A stretch of 64,000 nucleotides of DNA from Geosiphon pyriformis uo1 (Eukaryota > Fungi > Glomeromycota), in contig JAAOMT010000295.1 of the NCBI GenBank assembly GCA_016748015.1, forward strand, positions 1,414,748 to 1,478,747, given 5' to 3'. The notes beneath the pieces are model-generated. The model made no database searches. It was not told the origin of the DNA and saw only the letters and a list, made by a program, of their open reading frames with translations. The translations under genes and the position numbers were made by a program. Of this stretch, positions 53,601 through 64,000 are shown piece by piece. Position 1 is the first letter of the stretch, and every line of letters begins with the position of its first letter.

Positions 53601-56600
53601 TGAAAGCAAATAGATAAGATGAGTTTCTCTGATAGTAATGATGTATTGTATCACATGAATCCAAAGGTATCACTTTTTTTTGAGATAACTGGGCTATTTT
53701 TAACCAACAGATTTTTAATATCTACTTTTTTTTCTTTAGGAAAGGGTTCTTTTTGTTCTACTGTAAGTGATTAAATTTTAAGTGGTTTACTTTCAAAAAA
53801 CTTTTGTACTTCTTTTAGTTTTTTTCTTAGTATTAAGCTAATAGTTTTCCAATTTTTGTAGTAGATTAAACAGAATTTGCATTCATTATTAGAAGAATAC
53901 AAGAGTTTATTACACCAGCACTGGGCATAAAAGCCATGTCACTAATAACTGTATTTTGCTTTTTTGTCAGACTTTCTATCAAAAGTTCTTCTAAGGATAT
54001 TATAGTAGGGCCAGCAGATCAGCTTGTTATTTATAATGATTTCTTTTCTGTTAGCTTTAACATTATTTAGTGGCTTGCCATTACTAGTGAAAATAATATA
54101 GGCAAGTTCAGTAGTTTTTTTTTGTTCTTCTTGATTTTCTTCTTTATCATTCTTATTATCATCTAATTTATTTGATTGCTTATCTTCTTGATTCTGCTTG
54201 AATACTGAAGGAGTTGTCTAATAATAACACTTAACCACAATAAGTTTCTTATTATATCTGATGATTAGCTTATAAAGTTCATAGTTAAATAGTGTTTTGG
54301 CTTTCTTAAACCACTTATTGCCAACAATTATGGTGTATTCTTTTGCTTCAAATACTTCCATATTAGTTTCAATGCTAATGTTATTGATGTAAACAAGAAC
54401 AATTTTGGCTATATTCAGGCCTTTTTTCTTGTCATTATGTATATTAGTCATAGATTGAATAAAAAATTCATTAATTTTTCTTTCAATGGCTTCTAAAAAG
54501 TGTTTGGAAATTATACTAACAGATAATCTACTGTCTAAAATTAAGTCAATAAAATAACCAGCCACTTGGACTTTGCAAATAAGAAAGGTAACATTGCTGT
54601 TGTCAACAAGTCTAGCTTGACAAGAGTGTTTGTTGGTTTTTGGTGTTTTTTTCTTTGGAATCAATAATTTGTAAAGATTTTTTTTGAATTGTGGATGAGT
54701 TATTAGTTGACCAAATATAATATGTACTGGGATTTTTATGAAATCTTTAACAACAGAATAAGAACCAGACTTTTGTACTACTTTTGAAGATTCTAACTTT
54801 GAAAGATTTTTAAAAACTTTAGCCTTTGGTGGTTTATGTTATTAGCAGTTGATGTAAATGTTTTGTTTGGGTCCAGAATGAAATCAATCTTGACTTTTTT
54901 CTTCTTTTTTGTTGATTCAGAGGTATTAATTGCTAATTCATTCATGTTATGGTCATTATTAATTAAATTAAAAGCATAAAAAGGGTTTTTTTCTGGTTAG
55001 CTTGCACTCTTATCTTTTGGAGGTGTGCCTACCAGTTTAAAGGCTAATAAATAGTGGGTTTAACTAAGAAATCCTCTCCAAAGAAATTAATGTTAGCATA
55101 ATTGGGTTTTTAATTGGGGACATTGTTGTTGATAGTTTTATTGTTTTAATTATTATTGTTTCTGAAAGCTGGAAGAGACAAAAAAAGATTGTTGCAATCT
55201 TTGGAAAAATGTTCAGTTAATTCACAACAATAACACACAAGTGGGCCACAATTTTGTTGTTTTTGATAAGAGAGTTGTTAAAGCTGATTAAAATAAAATT
55301 CATATTTGGGTCTTTGGAATTGTTGATTTTCTTTGACTGCTTGGACTAAAAGTTCCAGTAACTGGGCAAGATTGGCTGTAAGTCTATTTATCAATTGTTC
55401 ATTAAGATCTGAAGTTTGGACAGCAAAAAAAGTGGCAGTCATTTGAGAAGCAGAAGCCATAACAAGAGTAAGAGCAAAAACTGGAAATGTGAATCCCAAG
55501 TGCATTCTTTGATTGTTTTCAATTCATTGGGCTAATTCAATGATTATATCTATTGTAAGATTGTTTTTTAGAACCAGAAGAGGCCAAAGAGCATATGAAA
55601 GATCAGTTCTCAATTTTTTTGTAAAGGAGTAAATTTTTTGTTCTTCTGTCCAGTTTTTTTCAGAGTCTATCCACTTGATTAATTTTCTGATTGCTTTGGC
55701 ATATTCAGTTACAATTTTACCAGAATCTTGAGTTCTTCTTTCTAATTCCATGCACCATTTGGATATCAAAATAGAAGTTCTAAATTTTATTTTAAACTAG
55801 ATAGTAAAAAAGATGTTGTCTTTTTCAGCATTTGCAGATATCTATTTAATGATTTTTTGCTAAGCATTGGCATTGGTTTCTTGTAAAAACCAAGTAGCAG
55901 AAAAGTCTTAAAGATAGCCACCAATGATTTGGAACTTGTATTCATTATCATATTGGTTGGCTGTGGTAGTTTTTTCAAAGTCATTCAACTATTCAATTGG
56001 ATCTTGTGTATTACTTTTAAATAATAGTAATAATATATTATTTCTTTATCTTAAAGCAGTTTGTATGTCTTGAAAAACGATCAGAATGTTTTGTTGCATA
56101 GAATTATTAGCCATTGGTTCAAAAGTAGCTGTTTGTGTAGAATGTTCTAATTTACTTGAAAAGAGATTAAAAACAGGAGCAGTTTGATAGCTTTTTTTTT
56201 CTGTTTCAAAAAAAGTTTCAGCTAACTGATAGACAGCAATCCAAATGTGAATTTGGTGATTTAAGTATTCAGAATTAGAGAGCTGTTGTTTAAATATTGT
56301 GGAATATAAAAGCTGATTGATGCTGTTGTTTTTTTTTTTTAAAGTTGTCTTTAAAATAAGCTTGGTCAAAGTAATAAGTTGTATAGACTGTGTAGGTTTT
56401 AGCTAAATGCTTGTTTAAAAACCAGTTCCAAAAGTTTTAAAATTGTCTACTGAATTGTTTTTCAATAGGAAAACAAATCAAACAGAAGAGCAAAAAATTG
56501 AGTTCAATAAAGTTTAGATCATTTTTGTTATGTGCTTCTAAGTGTTCTTTTAATTGTTGTAACAAATATAAATAATTATCCATATAATAGAAAACAAAAT

Positions 56601-56635
56601 GAATTTTAACAACTTTACAGGAAGCACCACTTTTA

Positions 56636-57362
56636 TGTTATGAATTAGAGTAACAAGCTAACAGATAGCAAAAAAGAACAGAATTGTAGGGTGATGAAAG
56701 GAATCAAAGGGAATTCAATTTTAAAGAACAAATTGAATAAGTATAGATTCAATATGTGAGATCAGTCTCATAAAATATCTTAGTTGCTATACTTTTTAAA
56801 AGATAACCAGAAAATCTGAAGGTAGAAAAATAGTTTGTATTGTTAATAAATAATCACCTACTGGTATAATTCTATGCCTTATGTCAGTGCTCTTAGAATT
56901 CAATATTAAATATTAAATGTACTTTTCAGTCACATTTTATTCAATAATCTTCAAATACTACAATTACATATTTTAGAAAAAGGTAAAAAATAACCAACAA
57001 GTAATTTTTTATCCCAAGATATTTGGATACTTAAAGATAAGGAAAGAGAAATTAGCAATAAGAGAAAGATTGAAATAAAAGTTGTTATTTTATTTATTTT
57101 ATTTTCTTGATTTTTGACATGCTTTTTTACAGCTAAGAGATTTATTGCTTATATAATTATCAAAAGTGGTCAATAATTAGGTTAATAATTAAGTCAATAA
57201 TCAGATCAATAATCAGGTTAATGATCAGATCAATAATCAGATCAATAATTAGATTATTGATCAGGTCAATAATTACTATCTAAAAATAGAATGACTAATT
57301 ATATAACATTTGTGGCCAATACATATAATAACTAATAAAAAGTATGAGTTTTAACTATAACA
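56636..57362 (-). repeat. 5' LTR of Gypsy-A copy 4 (variant 2)
   Basis: TG...CA termini with a TGTTAT/ATAACA inverted repeat. Candidate PBS TGGTGCTTCC lies just inside. Confidence 0.93.
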
Positions 57363-58029
57363 ATATATAAAACTTTTTATTAAAATAGTATAAATATTAT
57401 TAATCTAAAAGTTTATTATAAAAAGTTAAAAAACACAATTTTTATTAATTAAGTTTTAAACTTAATAATTTGGCATTAATTTAATTAAAACCAAAATATT
57501 AATTAAAATATCAAACAAAAATAGTTCTATTTTAATTAATATTATTAATAAAATTTTTAAAAAAGATAAATATTGTTTTTATTAATTAACTGTATAATAA
57601 AAATAAAAAAGTAATTTATTAAAAAAATTTTAAGAAAAAAAAATTTGAATCTTAAAAATCTAATTTATAAATAATTTAAAATTTGCTTATTTTTTTGTTA
57701 AATTTAGTAGTTAATAAATATATAATTAATATATTTATAGTTTTTCTATTTGTTAATATTTCTAATTATTTAATATCTTTAATATTTATTTTTAGTATTT
57801 ATTAAATATCTTATTATTTGGTTATTTTAAAAGTTTATATAAATAGTTTTATTAAAAATTAAAAAATTTTTTATGTAATTAATTATAATTATTTACTTTA
57901 AAAATATAAATATTAATATTTATAATAATATATTATTTATTTTGGCCAAGTTTACAATAATAATTTTAGCTTTTAAATATATTTTGCTATAATATTTATG
58001 CAATATTTACATAAATAATTTAACTACAA

Positions 58030-61000
58030 TTTTTTTTTTTATTATCATTTAACAAGCAAAATCCAAACACTGCCTAGTGCAATACATCATACAAATGATC
58101 TAAACTAGGTGTGAATCATGCATTATCTACACGTAACCAGCCACTTGGACCAATCAGGACAACACTAAGCACCTATATGAACAGAGACCTCACCCCCTAT
58201 GCCTGAAAAAAACAAACAAGACTTACGGAACCCAAAACCAACACCAATCACTTCAGCAACACCCAGCAGCCGGGTCATGCCAGATAACAGTCCTAAAAAA
58301 AGCCCAGAAATTGGAACAGGAGCAGACCCATCACACAGAATAAGCCCATTTCTTTCCATGAATGCACAGTGCTTGGCACAAACCAACCAAATGTTTTCCC
58401 AAAAAGCCAAACTGAACTCACGCACAAAGGCCACAATGTTCTGACTTGCTATCCTGGAATCCTTGAAGACAGAAACAGACTCATGAAACCAATCCTTAAA
58501 AACAAAATCCTTGTACAGAGCAGTACTAACTGAAACGTTAAACACACAAGTGGACAGCAGCCGTGAGACATCTGAGGAAAAATGAGCCAGACCAGAGCGC
58601 ACACCCCAAACTGCCACATGAGCGTCCAACAACCGAGCATGACCATTGGCATCAAATAGACAAGAAAAAGCATAGTCTGAGACCTCAACATCACCACAGA
58701 ACAAACACACCACACTGGGATAGCACTTATCATAAAGCCGCTTATGCACAGCGACAGGGAGCCAATGGTGCAATGCCTTCATAAAGTAGGTCCGGAAACC
58801 AGCCATCCGCTTGCTAGTGAAGCCAACAGCCATGTGAGAATCCAGATGCCAAACCAGCGATGACCTAAACCAATCAATATCTGTATGCAGGCTACCTGCC
58901 ACCACCCCAGTACCACAACTGACTTCCCAATGTGCATGATGAACAGACTGAAAAACATCCTGAACAAAATGCCTAGAATTACCAGAAATAGCTGCACCAC
59001 CACCCCTAAGATAGCGTTCATTGACAGAATGAGACAGATGCTACCCAAAGAGAGCTGCAGTTCTGGCCAACTTATCAGCCCATTCATTGCCTAAAACCCC
59101 TGAGTGTTCTTTGACCTTATACCAATTAACTCTTAAATTCTTATGACAAATAATATTCACTATATGATGGTGTTCAATCCAACACCAATTCCTAAAATCC
59201 AGATGAGCCAATTCCATCTCCAACTTGTAAGCATCCAAAGCATTCTGACTGTTCGAGAACAAGTCAACTGAGTGAGAAGAAGGGACGCACTTGAGCGCCA
59301 GAGCAATGGCCTTCAGTTCTGTCAAGGTAGAAGACATCAAACCAGATACTCCTACACCCAAACCCATACCAATGTCCTCAAAAAAAACAGCAGCTCCAGC
59401 TTTCATATTGACTGTCCCTAAATCACTTAAAAATCCATCTGTATAAATGAAAAGATGACCAATATTGGAATCAACCAAACTGGCACCAATGATGCCAAAC
59501 TCACAAGACCGAAGAACATCCGAAAAGGCACAACCAGCCAAAAGCGTGGAACAGACAGGAAGAGGAGACACACCATCAAGAAAATGAACAGACAGCTCAA
59601 ACCAAGCAAGAACTGGACCATGTGGGTCCAACTGCTTCCATCATTTGAAGGTCTTTCATTCGAAAACAGCCCCATTTCGGTCCCATAGCTGATCCATGAA
59701 AGCAATCCTATAACGCTGAAGTAAAGAGACACACTTGACATAATTTGATTCACCAAGAACAAAGGACATAAGGGTTCCATCCCGCCGATGAAAAGCACTA
59801 ATCAGAGAGCCATCCAATAACAAATCACACCCAGAGAAAATATGCACCACACCTGCCAGAAAATTATTAAGAGAGTTGATCTTTACACGGATCGGACACT
59901 GCAAAAAATGTAGTGGACGCCAGCAGAAGACCTGCAGATCATGCGACTGGTGAGAAAATAGACACCCCAAAATTTCAACAGAGTTCATGAAAAAAACAAC
60001 TGAAGCCAATTTACTCTTAGCCTGAATCTGCTCAAAAGTCTTCAAACCATACAGAAAGGGATGATAAATCACATCATTGGGGAAATCACATGGCAAACCA
60101 GACTTAGATCTTAAGCCCTTACAAATCAAAGTGTCTCATTTTTTACAAGCACTAATAGGAATGTAACTAAACTGTGTTCTATATCCAACGATAAGAAAGA
60201 GAACCACCGAAACCAAATATGAAAACTGCTTATCAGACACTGTCTTTTTCAGGACCAAATTAGAAAAGAACTGGACATCAGAATGTGCCTTAGCCAAGCT
60301 AGGCTTCAAAAGATCTTCAGTTGACAAATAGATCCCCAAATAGCGATGCGATTTCCCCTTCTTGGCAATAGAAATAGGTGACCCGCTGATCAATAAAGAG
60401 GAAGCCATACTATCACAATTGATGGGGATAGCAACAGTCTTATTATTATTAATCGAGATGTCATTGATATTAAAAAATTCACTAACAATGTTGAGGATGT
60501 GCTGTGTAGCACTTTGACTGCTGCCAACTCATATAGTATCATCAACAAAGGCATCCGCTGCAAAAAATAAAGATACACCAGCCCAAGACTCAATACAACC
60601 ACATCCGAAAATAAAATGAAAATTCAATCTGTAACCACACCCATCTGTCTGCCTCTTAACTTCACACAAAAGGGGATCATAAAATATGTACCAAAAGAGT
60701 GGTGAAAACACCTCCCCCTGGTCCAAGCCATCATGCACCTTATACCTGTCTGTCAAACCAAAATCCATCATAACCCTGTTGATGCAATCACTGTGAATAC
60801 CGCCAAAAAACCTAATGAACCTGCTGCACATTTTTATCCTAACCAAACTGTCCTGAAGGTGTTCCCACTCAACAGAATCATAAGCTTTCTGCATGTCCTG
60901 CAATACCAACCAGAGCTCACGATTCTTCTCCAAAGCATCCTCAATAACTGAACCAATGGCAAAAATGAGAGACTGTGTCATCGTGCTCTTCAAAACCAAA

Positions 61001-64000
61001 AAATTGTTCCTATGCAGAACATTAAAAGTACTACAAGCCAACAAGATCTTATCTGAAAGAATCTTGAAGAGAATCTTGCGGGCAGTCTCAATCAAGGCAA
61101 TAAGTTAAGTGTTTGTAAGAACTCTTTCCCACTCATACAGCTTAGGAATCATTGAGACCCAAGCTTCCTTTCAAGCACTAAGCACTGACTTATGAATTAA
61201 ACAAGAATTTAGAAGCACCAAAAGCATATCCAAAATTGATTTGTCACAGTGTTTCCAGAGCTTGTTTGAAATTTCAGAGAGACCAGCAGTCTTGTCTTCA
61301 GGCAGACCAGAAACCACACTGAACAACTCATTGAAACCAACAGGACATATTACACCAGAAAATGCACCATCAAAGACATACTCCAAAGGCTTGTATTGGC
61401 GAGACCAATTATCAGAGATATCAGGCACCACCTTGTGCTTCCTGGTCCAGTCTTTCATGATTCCATCTACCCTAGCTTTGACTAAGCTGGGCTCCAAAAT
61501 CAACTTGTCTCCTACAACTAGATGATCCAGTACCACTTTGCAAAAGGAACGCTTCAAAACACTCCTGATGGTGCGACCCTTGTCTGATTCAAAACTTTCT
61601 ATCCTCCTATCAATAACTGCCTTGATACAGAATTCCTCAGTACGTCTGGATTTTAGCAACTTAGCAGAGCGGTAAGACTTTCTCACCTTAGCCAGAGCCG
61701 AGCGAATCATGTTAAAATTGGAACCTGACAGAAACAAAGACTTCACCACCAAAGCACCATTAACATCGAGTCTCTTCCACGTATTCAACAACAACACAAA
61801 TTCTACACTAGACAACAAATGAGATGCCTTAACCAGCTTGAACACAAGCAACTCAAGCTTGTGAAACCTAGAAGAACCCTTGGTAAAAACCTCATCATAA
61901 CCCTTAAACCATTTCTTTTTGAATGTTCCAACTGCTGAGAGAATCATTATTTTGCGCATAATGTCCTACATAACATCCAAATCTGAAGATTTCACAGAGG
62001 CAGTGAAATTACTCGAGCACATTATGCTATTGGCCAACATAGCATCCTTAAAATTGTTCCACCCTTTCTTGCCAGCATCTCTAAAATCGAACTTCCAACA
62101 ATCTTTATTAGTCTGCTTGTGCATTGAGTTCAGCTAAGAGTCAAGCAAGCCACCCAAACCCACAGAAACAGAAACAGCCTTATAATCAGTATCAAAAAAG
62201 TCCTCAACACCAGTCACATCACAATCCACCACAGCATTGATCAAGCTTGAAGAGATGAACATATAGTCAATAGTTTTGACAATACCACAAAAGTTGCCCC
62301 ATATTGGCATCTTAGTAAGCATACTTCCACTCAAGACATTAACCAGACCCAGGTCAAAGCATTTTTTGAAACTGGCATTCTTACGAGCACCATTCTTATT
62401 GAAGTTGCCACCCAAGACCACAAAAAATGATTCATTTACTGCCTTAGCAATTAAAGAATTGATGTCGCCAGCCTGTAAGAATTAGACACTTGAAGAGGCA
62501 CCAGCATAGAGACCCAAAACAGAAACCGAAAGTTTATTCTTGAAGAGAAATCTGATGGAGAAAAGCCAGCCAGACACCTCAGAAACCTTATAAACATGCT
62601 TAGCCAAAGAATTGTCCATGACAATTGCCACATCAGAACCAAGACAACCAGAATCCAAACCAGAAGTGAACACCTGAACACCATCAAACTTGCCAGCAAT
62701 CCACAGTTTAACCTTATCTTTAAGTTTAAATTCTGTGAAAATTGAAACCAAATTACTCATATCAAAGTGCCAGCAAACAACATCTGTCTGTTTAGCAGAG
62801 TTATTCAAGCCCCAAACATTACAAGTAGCAAACTTCCAAACCAACTGACTCATTAAAAAAAAGAGAGAGCCGATAAACCCGAACCAGAACACAAAAGATC
62901 TAACCTAGCCAAAACAGAACTGACAGAAGTCTCTAGAGCCAACATCTTAGACTCCAAACCATCCACCTTGGTAGTAAGAACCCTTGAGCTACTCAAATTG
63001 AAGCCAGCACTCATATCAATACTTGGAGAATGGGGATTGAACAATGCCAACTCACCATCCAGAGCCATGTCAGAATCCAAAACAGAGGCCAAAGGCACAG
63101 AGCCAACTAAAAGAGGGGCACCAGAAGATGGAACCATGGACACCAATTCAACAAAACTCAATTTTCTTAAAATATCAGACACTTGGTCAGCCAACAACTC
63201 GAGAGAGCATTCCAAAGACGCCAAGCAAACATTCAAAGAAGAATTGGTAATTGTAGAAGAGAGAGAACCATCACCCAAATCTGAGGTTGTATGGGGAGAA
63301 AAACCAACACCAAGACCAGAACCAGAAGGAGAGCCACCAGAAAGGGAAGCAAGAGAGACTACCTGAGCCTATGATTTGCCACCAAAGGCAGCAGGGCAAG
63401 ATATAAGAACATTTTTCTTTGCATATAACTTGGCCAACTGGAAACAATCCACACCAGGAGCATGTCTTTTATTAAAAATATTCAAGAGATCAGAAGACAA
63501 CATATCTGATGTATTACATTCTAGAGCCAAATGACCAAGACGCCCACATTTTCCACACTGAACCAAATCCAACATAGTCCAAGAAAGACAAACACCACCA
63601 AAAACAGGCTCAGTAAGAAAAGCAAAATTCAGGTCATTCTCAGATTTGAAGCCAACCACAGCACAACAAACTCTATTGCCAGTGTTCAATAAACAATTAA
63701 TGATGCAAATTCTGCCACTAGTTTTATTCAGAAGATTACTAAGATCATGTGCAGTTGTTCCCACCAGCAATGTAAACAGAAGTGCCCTAAAACAATCCCT
63801 AAAGGCCCAGATATCACGATCCCCCATGGCTTTTGCTACACGCACAGAATTTTTCTCAATTAAGAAGGACTATTTCGAAGCCAATTGCTCCGTCTGTTCC
63901 AATTTGGCGAATTCCACCACAGCTTTCTGCCACATTCCGATCAGCTGAATTTTGATTGATTTAATTTCTCCAAATTCAGACACTGCAGCGACAATCATAT
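58030..64000 (-). mobile_element. LINE-1 group element, divergent subfamily (ORF1 3' half and whole ORF2), continues beyond the window
   Basis: ORF1 knuckle CGKCGRLGHLALEC. ORF2 62853-58165 with FATCNV, IDYMF, QDMQKAYDSV, GLDQGEVFSP, FVDDT, YTDGF, CLFCGDVE. Poly(A) tail at 58030-58040. Confidence 0.95.

Larger units (their letters stand above)
49936..57362 (-). mobile_element. Gypsy-A copy 4, two-LTR element with an internal RT deletion
   Basis: LTRs at 56636-57362 (TGTTA...TAACA) and 49936-50649, TSD ATAT at 49932-49935 and 57363-57366. gag with knuckle CYCCELTEHFSKDC, protease LILDSRLSVS, RT LVYLDNI, RNase H, integrase, ORF3. The N-terminal RT part is deleted near 53615. Confidence 0.95.

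Noticed and set aside
57168-57275. Tandem array as a CRISPR or telomere-like repeat
   Set aside because: Contiguous 12-mers without spacers, always at the same position inside LTR-A, and no cas genes.
42286-63948. Many plus-strand ORFs of 60-150 aa over the minus-strand LINEs and Gypsy elements
   Set aside because: Antisense shadows of the TE coding frames with no independent motifs.
1-64000. Alternative genetic code or programmed readthrough to explain the in-frame TGA/TAG/TAA codons
   Set aside because: Stop positions differ between copies, come with missense transitions at catalytic residues, and are absent from the host gene. They are mutational decay.

Overview
Very AT-rich eukaryotic DNA. 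Intron style and transposon repertoire suggest an early-diverging fungus, probably Glomeromycotina (Geosiphon-like); this is an inference. One well-supported host gene, a 3-exon Yap1/HapX-type bZIP transcription factor (14080-15983, +), sits in a CpG-retaining island of about 6 kb (about 12.1-18.1 kb). The rest is a nested graveyard of retrotransposons decayed mainly by C>T/G>A transitions. It holds four copies and several solo LTRs of a Ty3/Gypsy family (A), and a second Gypsy family (B) with a dUTPase between protease and RT. It also holds three copies and a relic of an APE-RT-RNaseH LINE group (LINE-1), and a second LINE family (LINE-2). The most striking element is an ORF1-only, TSD-flanked, poly(A)-tailed retroelement (22898-26007, -) that has no RT and shares the 3' UTR of LINE-2, i.e. 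a fungal HAL1-like non-autonomous partner. Both Gypsy families carry an unexplained ORF downstream of integrase and Cys-rich inserts between protease and RT. Most short ORFs in the track are TE fragments or antisense shadows. Coordinates were read by eye and may be off by a few bases.
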